A program made the position numbers and the translations under genes. Below, one piece after another: positions 50,345 through 62,474 of a stretch of 64,000 bases of DNA. The stretch covers positions 528,379 through 592,378 of the forward strand of contig CAVTSB010000001.1 in NCBI GenBank assembly GCA_963737255.1. Direction: 5' to 3'. The stretch's first letter is position 1, and each line of letters starts with the position of its first letter. The DNA is from an uncultured Bacteroidales bacterium (GTDB lineage: Bacteria; Bacteroidota; Bacteroidia; Bacteroidales; VadinHA17). The notes under the pieces are model-generated. The model was given only the letters and a program-made list of their open reading frames with translations, did not search any database and was not told the DNA's origin.

Positions 50345-51218
50345 TATTGATAAAATATTCAGGGAAAAGATGGAGCTTCTTTCCGGATTACCTGAAAATA
50401 TAAGTTGGAACAAAGATACCGGCTGGCTGCAGTATCAGTCGCAATTTCACACGGAGAAGCCCTGGCAAAGAAGAATTATCGTTAGTCTTTTGTCAACAGC
50501 AGCAATATTGGCAGTCGTTCTGTTTGTAGTTATTCAGGAACCCTTTTCAGGGAGCAAAACTATTTTTAAGCAAAATAAGACTGCTGAAGTAAGTCGGATA
50601 AACCTGCCTGATGGGAACATGGCATGGCTTAATTCAAATAGCTCTGTTATGTACTCTTCGAAGATAAGTCCGGAAAATTTTGAATTAAGGGTAACTGGTG
50701 AAGTATATTTAGAAATTCCCAGCCTGAACAATGAAAAATATACAATCAAAGCCTTTAATGCTATTGTTGTTGTTGAAAAAGCTGCTTCAATAAATATAAA
50801 GGCATATTCAGATAATGAAAATGTTGATATCAATGTTATAACAGGAGCTATTAAGGTTTTTGAGGAAGGATCTCCGAATGGATTGGCATTACTTGTAACT
50901 CAGGGAAATTATTGTTCCGTACATAAATCGCAAAAGCTTATATATGCCTCGGTAAACAATAATGACAATTACCTTGCCTGGAAAACTGGCAAACTTACTT
51001 TTGAAGATCAGCCAATTGCAACTGTAGTCGATATACTTTCAGAATACTATAACAGACCAATAGAGATTTCGTCTGAATCAATAGCCTATTGTACGTTTTC
51101 TGGTTCGTTTGAAAAACCCGCTATTGAAAGTATTCTAAATAAAATTCAAGAAGATTTGAACTTCCAGGTTAATTATACCGGTACCAAAATTACTATTTCT
51201 GGAACAGGATGTCTATAA
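50331..51218 (+). CDS. FecR-family anti-sigma factor
   Basis: TM helix, LPDGNMAWLNSNS, GEVYLEI, LAWKTGKLTFED. Confidence 0.9.
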   Translation: MKGNNIDKIFREKMELLSGLPENISWNKDTGWLQYQSQFHTEKPWQRRIIVSLLSTAAILAVVLFVVIQEPFSGSKTIFKQNKTAEVSRINLPDGNMAWLNSNSSVMYSSKISPENFELRVTGEVYLEIPSLNNEKYTIKAFNAIVVVEKAASINIKAYSDNENVDINVITGAIKVFEEGSPNGLALLVTQGNYCSVHKSQKLIYASVNNNDNYLAWKTGKLTFEDQPIATVVDILSEYYNRPIEISSESIAYCTFSGSFEKPAIESILNKIQEDLNFQVNYTGTKITISGTGCL

Positions 51219-51235
51219 ACTTAAAATTTATTGAT

Positions 51236-52157
51236 ATGAAAATAATGATTCATATTTTTTTGGTTTTCATTGCCATGCAATCGATAACCAATGCACAATG
51301 CGGAATAAACTATAAGGAAATTCTGAAAAAAAATTGTAGCGGTGTCTACTTAAGACATCAGGATTACAACAATCTTACTGGCGGAGATATAAAACTTGTC
51401 TTAACAAAAGACAATAAATATGCAATCTACCTTCTTAATCCCAGCGAATCACTACCCAGGCTAAACATACTTGACTCAAATCATTTTCCTCTGCAGGATT
51501 ATGCTGAATCCGTCAATGCCGATAAGAACACTGCTTTATACACATTCAAAGTAAACGAAACAAGCGAGTATGGTTTTGAACTCGATTTTAATACGGATGA
51601 GAAAGCTTGTGTTTTACTTGCCATATATCTTCAGAATGATAAAAATTATAAAGCCGGCGTATATAAGAACTTCGATGAATTCAAATATGGAAACCCTTCA
51701 ATTGAATTTAACGGTCAGTTATTAAGTAAAAAAAAGAACTATGGGAAAAGGCAGTTGTATTCTTACAAATTGGAAATGAAAAACAAAAATCAGAAATCGC
51801 AGGATAAAGTATTCGGGTTCAGTGACGGGAAGGATATTTATATTAATATCACTTATCCGAAACTCAATTCGAATGCGGAATTTGTTAAAATGGAATATCT
51901 ATATAAATACTGCTATTTTGAATATATAAAAAACATACCTGTTTACAGTAGCCCCACCGTAATAATTGTCCCCAGCCTGAAACAAAAGTTACTTGATATA
52001 AATACCGGTGAGGTAATAGTACTTAATAAACAAAGCAATCCATGAAATTCTTGCTGACGATCAGACTCTTTTGGAAGAGTTTAACAATACCTCCGGAAAG
52101 GATAGAGTATTAAAAGAATACCTGGTTAAATACCTGCAGAAGCATAATGTAAATTAG
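51236..52157 (+). CDS. Hypothetical exported protein; frameshift near 52040
   Basis: Signal peptide; GVYKNFDEFKYGNPS, VFGFSDGKDIYIN; continuation EILADDQTLLEEF...YLVKYLQKHNVN in a shifted frame. Confidence 0.6.
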
Positions 52158-52293
52158 ACTGTAGAATTAATAGTAAATAAGACATAACTAACTAATAACT
52201 TGTAATATTGACATGATACTTAATAGTATAGAAGAGCAACAGCAGGACCGCAGAAAGCCTGAGAGTTCGCCACGTGCAAAGAATGGACAGATC

Positions 52294-53166
52294 ATGGAAT
52301 CGCCGGATAACCGTATAACAGGCACCAAGGCCGGGCAATGGATTGGAATGGCACTCTGCACTGCGGTTCTGGCGGCCGGGGCATTAGAGCAGCTTATTAG
52401 TAACCGGCCGGCCAACGCCGGGACTTTCGCTCCGGACTGGCTACCTTTCGCCGCTGCGGTGATCGCTGCAGCGGGGATCATGCGATGGAATGGTCACCCG
52501 CAGTGGCTTCATGTACAGCAAGCATTACGTTGGAGCGGTCTTTTTCTGATGATATGGGTAGCGAATGGATTATTGTTCGACTTTTTAGCTATGGCAGGCC
52601 TCATCGGTGATCCGGCGACGGGTCTCAGAATTGGCGTCGACTGGCCGGCGATGGCAACCCGGTCCTTTGCCCTCGCTGTCGCAGTCTTTCTCGCCAGTAT
52701 CACCCTGGCGCGACCGGTCACCATGGCATCCACCCGCTCAGCTGGCTGGTACGGTTACGCCGCGTTCGTGCTCGCTCTTCCCTACCCGGTTCTCAGGATA
52801 TGGTGGGCGCTTGGAGGAACACCAGGGCTTATATCACCCGGCGCTGCAGGCCATGGCTTAGCTCCAATACTGCTTACTATCCCATGGCTTCTGGCGGCCG
52901 CTCTGTCCCTGCTTCTTGTTTCACCACGGCGCTGGAAGCCTCGCAGGTTATTGCTGGCCGCAGGCTGGTCCGCAACTGCCGTCGTCGCCTCGATCGCGCC
53001 GGCGGCTTGCTGGTCGATGATCACCAGGTTAGCCAGCGGCGATCAAACTGGCCAGAAGGGCATGGCGATATGGGTCTTTTGTCTCTTTTACGGCAGCTGG
53101 CTCCTCTGGGCTATAGCTGCCGGTGCCGCCACCCGCTCGTATCAGTTGCGGAGTGCCAGCTCATAA
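52294..53166 (+). CDS. Multi-TM membrane protein, GC-rich, probably of foreign origin
   Basis: Ala/Trp/Gly-rich helices; DNA visibly much more GC-rich than the flanks; start uncertain (52213 or 52294). Confidence 0.7.
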   Translation: MESPDNRITGTKAGQWIGMALCTAVLAAGALEQLISNRPANAGTFAPDWLPFAAAVIAAAGIMRWNGHPQWLHVQQALRWSGLFLMIWVANGLLFDFLAMAGLIGDPATGLRIGVDWPAMATRSFALAVAVFLASITLARPVTMASTRSAGWYGYAAFVLALPYPVLRIWWALGGTPGLISPGAAGHGLAPILLTIPWLLAAALSLLLVSPRRWKPRRLLLAAGWSATAVVASIAPAACWSMITRLASGDQTGQKGMAIWVFCLFYGSWLLWAIAAGAATRSYQLRSASS

Positions 53167-53360
53167 CCATTCGACGTATATGAATATAAAAATTAAAGTT
53201 GAGTTAGGAGACGTTCAAAAGACACTATTCATGCCTGTTTGGGCCAGAGCAGTTGAATTGATGGTCTTGAATTGAGCCTGAAAATGAACAGATTGCAAAG
53301 ATCTCAGATTCGCTTGACATCCAATATATGATCCATCTGAAAATAAAGAAATAAAAAAAT

Positions 53361-53415
53361 AGCGGGGACATGCCATGGCAATTCCCTGCCAAAACCATGG
53401 CATGTCCCTGCCAAC
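53361..53415. repeat. GTAG-type REP pair (GGGACATGCCATGGC...CCCTGCC-AAAA-CCATGGCATGTCCCTGCC)
   Basis: Same layout as 34987-35034; related copy at 56326-56353. Confidence 0.8.
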
Positions 53416-53456
53416 AAAAGAGTTCAAGTTATTTTCTGATTAAAAGGGCAAAAAAA

Positions 53457-53512
53457 TTTGCTTTAAATAAAATTGATAATAAATTTGTCCCAAAGTGGAA
53501 TAATTCTACTTT
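53457..53512 (+). promoter_or_regulatory. Bacteroidota sigma-70 promoter with an adjacent palindromic (PerR/Fur-like) operator
   Basis: TTTG (53457-60)-N19-TAAATTTG (53480-87), then AAAGTGGAAT-A-ATTCTACTTT (53492-53512, one mismatch). Confidence 0.65.
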
Positions 53513-53524
53513 AATTGTATTTAT

Positions 53525-53968
53525 ATGAATATCGAATCTCTCAGGATCAAATTACGTGACAAAGGGCTTAAAGCCACCCCTAGACGATTATCAATACTTG
53601 AGGCAATAATTGGATTAAATAATCACCCCACCGCAGAAGAAATAATTAAATATATAAGAAATAAAAACCGGAATATTGCTACAGCTACTGTTTACAAGGC
53701 GCTTGATATTATGGTCGCCAGGAAAGTAATAATCAAAGTTGACACAGAAAAACAAATAATCCGTTATGATGCAACTCCCGAACCACACCATCATTTATAC
53801 AGTGCTGAATCAAGCATAATAAAAGATTATGAAAATGAAGAAATAAATATAATTCTTGAAAAATATTTCAAAAAAAACAAAATCCGGGATTTTGATATCG
53901 AGGAGATAAAACTTCAAATAATCGGGAAGTTTAGAAACACCGAAAAATATGCAAATGAAAATGATTGA
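53525..53968 (+). CDS. perR: Fur-family transcriptional repressor, PerR-like
   Basis: GLKATPRR, NHPTAEEI, ATVYKAL, RYDA...HHHL; directly upstream of katG. Confidence 0.8.
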   Translation: MNIESLRIKLRDKGLKATPRRLSILEAIIGLNNHPTAEEIIKYIRNKNRNIATATVYKALDIMVARKVIIKVDTEKQIIRYDATPEPHHHLYSAESSIIKDYENEEINIILEKYFKKNKIRDFDIEEIKLQIIGKFRNTEKYANEND

Positions 53969-54011
53969 TGCATAATTGATATCATCATCAGTACAAATAA
54001 ATCTTCTTTAA

Positions 54012-56246
<2,235 letters not shown>

Positions 56247-56295
56247 TTATTAAAACAAGAAATACCGTGAAAGAAAAAATATAAGGTTAAAAGAT

Positions 56296-56356
56296 TGGGA
56301 TTATTATTTTGGATTATTCCCATATGTAGGGTCACGCCATGGCATGTCCCTGCCAA
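56296..56356. repeat. REP-containing element
   Basis: TTTTGGATTATTCCCATAT (shared with 34924-34942) followed by GTAGGGTCACGCCATGGCATGTCCCTGCC. Confidence 0.75.
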
Positions 56357-56424
56357 ACTATACGTCATCCGGTGCCAGGAATTGAACTATATTTGATTTT
56401 AATTTTATATTCAGAGAAAAAATT

Positions 56425-57261
56425 ATGAATAGACGTAAAGCAATGAAAATAGCTGCTGGTACTATTATTGGAGGCGGAGCTGGCATTTTGACCCTCTCTA
56501 ATGCATTCAGGCCAGAATACCAGCCGTTGGAGGAGCCAAAGAAACTGGAATACAATAACACCAAAACCACCTGGGCATATCATGCTTTAAACCCTGCTGT
56601 ATCTGCTGATTTAGCCTATAAAAATTATGACAGTGGTAGTTGCATGTATGCTTCATTTAAAAGTATAATATCTCAATTAGCTGATAAATATGGTGAGCCT
56701 TATTCATCATTCCCCATTCATATGATGAAGTATGGTCATGGCGGTATTGGTGGCTTTGGTACTATCTGTGGAGCACTTAACGGAGCAGCAGCAGCTATAG
56801 GATTATTCGTAGCAGAAAAAGCCAGCCAGGATAGTTTGATCACCGGGCTTTTCAAGTGGTACGAAGAGACCAGACTTCCTGTATTCAGACCCCAACTTGC
56901 CATTTTGGACTTCAAACCACCATCGACAATTTCTAATTCAACGCTATGCCATGCATCCAACACGAACTGGGGAAAGGAAGCCGGATATAATATCAACAGC
57001 GATGAACGTAAAGAAAGGTGTCGCCGTTTGACAAGTGACGTGGCATCTCGTATCACTGTTGATCTAAACGAATATTTTGGTAATACTTATGTAACAAGTG
57101 GCCATGATAACGAAAGTATTAGGACTTGTTTGACGTGCCATAGTGATAATGGTAAACTAAGCAACACCAGTGGCAAAATGGGTTGTGCTTCCTGTCATAC
57201 TGAATCGATTGGACATAAAGTCTTTGCCGATATACATTACAGACTGGTGAAGGCAAAATAA
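56425..57261 (+). CDS. C-GCAxxG-C-C family (split-Soret cytochrome c-like) protein with Tat signal and two haem motifs
   Basis: MNRRKAMK; GSCMY, GTICGALNGA, LCHAS, ERCRRLT; CLTCH and CASCH. Confidence 0.8.
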   Translation: MNRRKAMKIAAGTIIGGGAGILTLSNAFRPEYQPLEEPKKLEYNNTKTTWAYHALNPAVSADLAYKNYDSGSCMYASFKSIISQLADKYGEPYSSFPIHMMKYGHGGIGGFGTICGALNGAAAAIGLFVAEKASQDSLITGLFKWYEETRLPVFRPQLAILDFKPPSTISNSTLCHASNTNWGKEAGYNINSDERKERCRRLTSDVASRITVDLNEYFGNTYVTSGHDNESIRTCLTCHSDNGKLSNTSGKMGCASCHTESIGHKVFADIHYRLVKAK

Positions 57262-57441
57262 CCGGAACGACCCAGGCAAAATAAAACAATGCCCCAGAGC
57301 ACTGTTAACCAATCGGTGTAGGAAAAAAGTATTCTATGTATTTGTCTATTTTGACCACTTAGGCGGCCAGTTTGTTCTCCTGGGCATACTCGTTTAAGCT
57401 CTTATTATTATACGATTTTTAAGCAATAAAAGCAAAATTAC

Positions 57442-58582
57442 ATGGAAAAGCCTGTTTATCTGGATTATAATGCAACCACACCTGTTGACCCGGAAGTAGC
57501 AGGTGAAATGATTCCGTATATTCAGAATCACTTTGGGAATCCCTCAAGTTCATATTCCCTTGGCAGAAACAGCAAAGAAGCTATATTCAGGGCACGAAAA
57601 CAGGTGGCCGATTTAATAAATTCGGATCCTGATGAAATTATTTTTACAAGCTGTGCAACTGAATCAAATAATCTTGCTATCATAGGTACCGCCTTAGCTA
57701 AAAGGAATGAAGGGAACCATATTATCACATCTTCAATCGAACATCCTGCGGTAAATGAAGTATGCAAATATCTGGAATCTCAAGACTTTGAAATAACGTA
57801 CCTCCCTGTAGATCTTAATGGCAGGATTAATCCTGAGGATGTTGAGTATGCCATTCGTCCGGAAACGATACTTGTCACCATTATGCATGCAAATAATGAA
57901 GTTGGTGCAATTCAGCCTGTAAGCGAAATCACTGTAATAACCAAACGAAAGCATATCCTGTTTCATTCCGACGCGGCACAATCTGTCGGGAAGATAGAAA
58001 CCGATGTAAAAAAACTTGGAATCGATTTGCTTACGATAGCTGGACATAAGCTCTATGCGCCTAAAGGTATTGGCGCATTATATATAAAGCGGGGAATAAA
58101 ACTGCAAAATTTAATGTACGGAGCAGGCCAGGAAAAAGGAATCAGACCCGGGACAGAAAATGTAATCCATGTTGTTGGTCTGGGCAAAGCATGTGAAATT
58201 GCCAAAAGGGATCTGGGTAAAAACCGTTTAAATATGCAATCAACGCGGGACAGGTTATTAAGTGGCCTCAGAAATAAAATTGGAGACAAAGTAAAAGTAA
58301 ACTCCAGTTTAGAAAACTGTCTTCCAAACACACTCAGTATAGCATTCGATAAGGTTGAATGCTCTTTCACTGACTTCAATTACAGGTAACAATTTATTTA
58401 TCTCCACAGGTTCAGCTTGTCATTCCGGCAGTACCGAAATATCATCAGTGTTAAAAGCGATGAAAACCAGCTTTGAGACAGCAGCAGGTACCGTGAGGAT
58501 TTCAACCGGGAAATACACTACTGATGAAGAAATTGATTTTGCGATAGAAGTTCTTTCGGATGCAGCAATAAATCTTTCTTAA
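57442..58582 (+). CDS. Cysteine desulfurase (IscS/NifS type), frameshift near 58355
   Basis: YLDYNATTP, FGNPSS, IEHPAV, HSDAAQSVGK, AGHKLYAPKGIG, RPGTEN; catalytic STGSACHS in the second frame. Confidence 0.9.
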
Positions 58583-58631
58583 ATGTAGCCACTATTAATC
58601 TTAGATAATTCAACATTCAAGCAGACTGAAC

Positions 58632-58988
58632 ATGAAAAAAGTATTGATTCTGATCAATGATGCTCCTTACGGAACCGAAAAAGCTTTTAACGCTTTACGG
58701 CTTGCCATGCAAATCCAGAAAGATTATGAAGACACTGATTTATATATATTTCTTATGGCTGACGCTGTAACATGTGCTTTACCTGGTCAGAATACTCCGA
58801 ATGGTTACTATAACATTGAAAGAATGTTAAAAGCAGTATTGATGAAGAATGGTAAAGTGAAGCTTTGTACATCATGCGCAGATCCGCGTGGTCTCAAAGA
58901 AATGAAGCTTATAGAAGGTGCTGAATTAAGCACTTTGAAAGAACTTTCACGATTAACAATGGAATGTGACAAACTGATTGCATTCTAA
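58632..58988 (+). CDS. DsrE/YchN-family sulfur-relay-like protein
   Basis: INDAPYGTEKAFNALRLA, FLMADAV, GYYNIERML, LCTSC. Confidence 0.85.
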   Translation: MKKVLILINDAPYGTEKAFNALRLAMQIQKDYEDTDLYIFLMADAVTCALPGQNTPNGYYNIERMLKAVLMKNGKVKLCTSCADPRGLKEMKLIEGAELSTLKELSRLTMECDKLIAF

Positions 58989-59030
58989 ACTCATCCCCGG
59001 TCTTTCCCTGGAGGAGAACAGTGAAATCAG

Positions 59031-59120
59031 AATGAGTGTGAGAGCGAGAGCGAGGAAAAGGAGGCGGGAGTGCTCGCTTTCGGCTGCCTACCGGCAGGCA
59101 GGCTCTCACTCCCGCTCTTT
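59031..59120. repeat. GA-rich inverted repeat downstream of the tRNA with an embedded CTGCCTACCGGCAGGCAGG mini-palindrome
   Basis: GCGGGAGTG...CACTCCCGC arms; related mini-palindromes at 16016, 38789 and 49464. Confidence 0.6.
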
Positions 59121-59125
59121 TTCAG

Positions 59126-59209
59126 TACCCGGAGCCGGGATCGAACCGGCACAGCATTGCTGCCACTGGTGTTTGAGACCAGCGCGTCTACCAATTCCGC
59201 CATCCGGGC
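59126..59209 (-). tRNA. tRNA-Leu (anticodon CAA), CCA not encoded
   Basis: GCCCGGATGGCGGAATTGGTAGACGCGCTGGTCTCAAACACCAGTGGCAGCAATGCTGTGCCGGTTCGATCCCGGCTCCGGGTA; long variable arm, GGTTCGATCC T-loop. Confidence 0.95.
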
Positions 59210-59519
59210 GTTAAAATAATTTCGGTAGAAAATTAAGAATTTTATTTTTTAGAAAGAACTCTGCCCGTTGATTGGGATGGCGGAATTGTCCCACCCCTGC
59301 AGGCTGGCTCCTCGCTAAAATCCCCCACCGGCGGGATTATTAACGCTCGGCCCTGCCATCCGGGCGTTAAAATATTTCGGTAGAAAATTAAGAATTTTAT
59401 TTTTTAGAAAGAACTCTGCCCGTTGATTGGGATGGCGGAATTGTCCCACCCTGCAGGCTGGCTCCTCGCTAAATCCCGCCACCGGCGGGATTATTAACGC
59501 TCGGCCCTGCCATCCGGGC
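59199..59519 (-). repeat. Two tandem ~155-bp units upstream of the tRNA, each starting with the first 11 nt of the tRNA
   Basis: GCCATCCGGGC at 59199, 59355 and 59509; units nearly identical. Confidence 0.9.
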
Positions 59520-59535
59520 TTGTCGTGCGGTCGTG

Positions 59536-59543
59536 CGAAAATA
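59536..59543 (-). promoter_or_regulatory. Putative -7 box (TATTTTCG) for the tRNA transcript
   Basis: One mismatch to TAnnTTTG, 16 bp upstream of the first repeat unit. Confidence 0.5.
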
Positions 59544-59568
59544 GGGATTTTTTTTAACTTTTGTCTTT

Positions 59569-60378
59569 TTACTTTTGTCTTTTATCTTTACTCAGATCCA
59601 GCAGTTCGACCTTCCTGAACTCAACCGGGTGACTCTCGGCCTGCAAACAGATGTAACCCTCTCTTATCATGGTCCCCTCCGGAACGGGGTATCCTTCAGG
59701 GGCACCTCCGACCTGAGGCCTGCCATACGTAAGAACAGTATCGCCCTCAAGAATGTGGTGGATTACACTATCGCTAACTACCAGGAATTCTGCAGTAACC
59801 CAGACATCCCCATGATAGGTTTTGGATTTTGAGTTTGTGCAGTGCTGAGTGATCAGCTTGCCGTCCATCTCAATATGCGTTCCGGGTGTGCATACATTGC
59901 TGGTTGTCCTCTCGGCAACACCGTCACCACCCAGAAACTGGGCTTCGATCGAAACGGGAAAATCCTGGTCGAGTGTCATCGAGGCAGCTGATTGCGAATG
60001 AAGCATCACACCGCTGTTCCTGAAAGCCCAGGAGGGTCCTCCGGGTACCTGGTCCCCAACAAACCTGTACTCTATCCTCAGCCTGTAATGAGAAAAGGGA
60101 TCCTTGTAAAATATATGGCCGAACTCGTTCCTGAAAGTGTCAATACCCTGGTACCTGACTTTCAATAATCCATCTTCAACGCTGAATATATTCTTATAAT
60201 TTTCGTTCAGTTCGTGTCCCTTGATCTTTATGCTCCATCCTTCAAGATCTTTGCCGTTAAAGAGCTGGATCCACTCCTCCTTTACGGGTTTATTGCTGCT
60301 GCAGGATACCGTAAATAAAACTAAAGTCACAAGTATAAGGGTGTTTTTCATGGGATTGGGTTTAAGAGTTGATATCAT
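59569..60378 (-). CDS. DUF1080 (3-keto-disaccharide hydrolase) lipoprotein
   Basis: Lipobox VSC; WIQLFNGKDLEGW, RNSGVMLH, EGYICLQAESHPVEFRK. Confidence 0.9.
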   Translation of the reverse strand: MISTLKPNPMKNTLILVTLVLFTVSCSSNKPVKEEWIQLFNGKDLEGWSIKIKGHELNENYKNIFSVEDGLLKVRYQGIDTFRNEFGHIFYKDPFSHYRLRIEYRFVGDQVPGGPSWAFRNSGVMLHSQSAASMTLDQDFPVSIEAQFLGGDGVAERTTSNVCTPGTHIEMDGKLITQHCTNSKSKTYHGDVWVTAEFLVVSDSVIHHILEGDTVLTYGRPQVGGAPEGYPVPEGTMIREGYICLQAESHPVEFRKVELLDLSKDKRQK

Positions 60379-60383
60379 ATATG

Positions 60384-62318
60384 TTACACTGTAGCTCCTT
60401 TGGGCCTTTGCGCTTTTGTGCCCTTTAACACCATTTTCCTTACTGCTGCGGCAATGCTGTCCGCATCAAAACCGCACTCCCTGATCAGTTCCTCCTGGGT
60501 TCCCTGCTCAACGAAGTAATCGGGGATGCCGAGCCGCCTGATATCAGCCTTGTATCCGTTGTCGCACATGAACTCGGCAATAGCGCTGCCAAACCCTCCC
60601 TTAAGGATGCCATCCTCAACGGTGATGATCTTGTCGAAGTTCTGGAAGACTGAATGAAGAACAGCAGTATCGAGGGGTGCAACGAATCTCATATCAAAGT
60701 GCTCAGCTGAGATTCCTTCCCGTTTAAGCTTTTCGGTCGCCGCTATCACAAAATTGCCAGGATGACCAATGCTTAATATGGCAATATCGTTACCGGAAGC
60801 AATGTGTCTGGCTTTTCCGATCTCTATTTCCGTGAATGGCTGAACCCAATCCTGTACCATGCTTTTACCCCTGGGATAGCGTATTGCAACCGGCGATTTG
60901 ATCTTGTCGAGCTGCGCGGTGTACATCATATTGCGTAATTCCGGGCCGTTCATCGGAGCAGCTATTATCATATTCGGGATGCTCCGCATGAAAGCGATGT
61001 CAAAAAATCCATGGTGAGTGGCGCCATCTGAACCAACAAGCCCTCCGCGGTCCAGGCAGAACACCACATGAAGATTCTGAAGGGCAACATCATGGATCAC
61101 CTGGTCATAAGCTCTTTGCATGAACGATGAATAAATATTGCAGAACGGAACCATACCCTGTGTGGCAAGTCCGGCTGAGAAAGTAACTGCATGCTGCTCA
61201 GCAATGCCTACATCGAACACCCTGTCGGGGAACTCCTTCATCATTATGCATAATGAACTGCCGGTTGGCATTGCCGGGGTGATGCCTGCAATCTTTTCAT
61301 TCCCGCGGGCAAGCTCAAGCAGTGTATTCCCGAATACCTCCTGGTAGAGGGGAATATCGACTGCTTCGGGACTGGCTAATAAAACACCGGTATTCTTGTC
61401 GAATTTTCCGGGTGAATGAAAAGTGGTCTGGTTTTCCTCGGCCTGTTTGAATCCCTTTCCCTTGATGGTCTGGCAATGAAGAAGCTTGGGTCCGGGGATC
61501 CTTTTCAGATCCTGAAGAACACTGGTCAGGTGAAGGATGTCGTGGCCGTCGATGGGGCCGAAATATCTGAAATTCATTCCCTCAAAGAAATTGCTCCTGG
61601 CAAGTATGGTACTTTTGAATCCGGCCTGTAGCTGTCTTGCAAGCGTCCGGTATTTCGGACCGGTCGAACCGAACCGGCCCAGGAGATTCCAGATCTTGTT
61701 CCTGAATCTGTTATAGGTACTGCTTGTCGATATGTCGAGAAGGTATTCCTTTAGCGCTCCTACATTTGGGTCGATCGCCATATTGTTATCGTTCAGGATG
61801 ACAAGAATATCCGATTTGGCAATTCCTGCATTGTTCAACCCTTCAAAAGCCTCGCCCGCAGTCATTGCACCATCTCCGATAACGGCAACTACATTCCTTT
61901 TCTCACCTTTCCTTTTTGAGGCAACTGCCATTCCGAGGGCAGCTGATATGGATGTCGAGGAGTGGCCCGTGCCGAATGCATCATATTCACTTTCAGCCAT
62001 TTTGGGGAAGCCGCTTAATCCCCGGTATTTTCTGTTCGTTGGAAATTGGTCCCTCCTCCCTGTAAGTATCTTATGACCGTATGCCTGGTGACCTACATCC
62101 CATATGATCTTGTCGTACGGGGTATTGAAGACATAATGAAGCGCAACGGTAAGCTCTACAACACCCAGGCTTGCACCCAGATGGCCGGGATTCTTGCTGA
62201 CCATATCAATAATAAACTGACGTAGTTCCGAACTAACCTCTACCAGGTCAGCCGGATCAAGTTTCCTGAGATCTTCAGGAGATGAAATCTTAAACAACAG
62301 GCTCTCCTCCCGGTTCAT
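60384..62318 (-). CDS. dxs: 1-deoxy-D-xylulose-5-phosphate synthase
   Basis: GHLGASLGVVELT, WDVGHQAYGHK, GDGAMTAG..EGLNN, DVGIAEQHAV, DGATHHG, IRYPRG; TATATTTG -7 box at 62344-62351 (minus). Confidence 0.97.
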   Translation of the reverse strand: MNREESLLFKISSPEDLRKLDPADLVEVSSELRQFIIDMVSKNPGHLGASLGVVELTVALHYVFNTPYDKIIWDVGHQAYGHKILTGRRDQFPTNRKYRGLSGFPKMAESEYDAFGTGHSSTSISAALGMAVASKRKGEKRNVVAVIGDGAMTAGEAFEGLNNAGIAKSDILVILNDNNMAIDPNVGALKEYLLDISTSSTYNRFRNKIWNLLGRFGSTGPKYRTLARQLQAGFKSTILARSNFFEGMNFRYFGPIDGHDILHLTSVLQDLKRIPGPKLLHCQTIKGKGFKQAEENQTTFHSPGKFDKNTGVLLASPEAVDIPLYQEVFGNTLLELARGNEKIAGITPAMPTGSSLCIMMKEFPDRVFDVGIAEQHAVTFSAGLATQGMVPFCNIYSSFMQRAYDQVIHDVALQNLHVVFCLDRGGLVGSDGATHHGFFDIAFMRSIPNMIIAAPMNGPELRNMMYTAQLDKIKSPVAIRYPRGKSMVQDWVQPFTEIEIGKARHIASGNDIAILSIGHPGNFVIAATEKLKREGISAEHFDMRFVAPLDTAVLHSVFQNFDKIITVEDGILKGGFGSAIAEFMCDNGYKADIRRLGIPDYFVEQGTQEELIRECGFDADSIAAAVRKMVLKGTKAQRPKGATV

Positions 62319-62474
62319 TCCCTACTGTGTAAATACTACGCTGCAAATATAACAATTATATTTCCGCGATGTAAGAAGGGGTGTTACATGTATTTTCTTA
62401 TTTTTGTGCAAAGGCTTATGTCGTTAACAACCTGTACCTATTGTTTTCAATCATTATAAAACATTTTTCCTATT

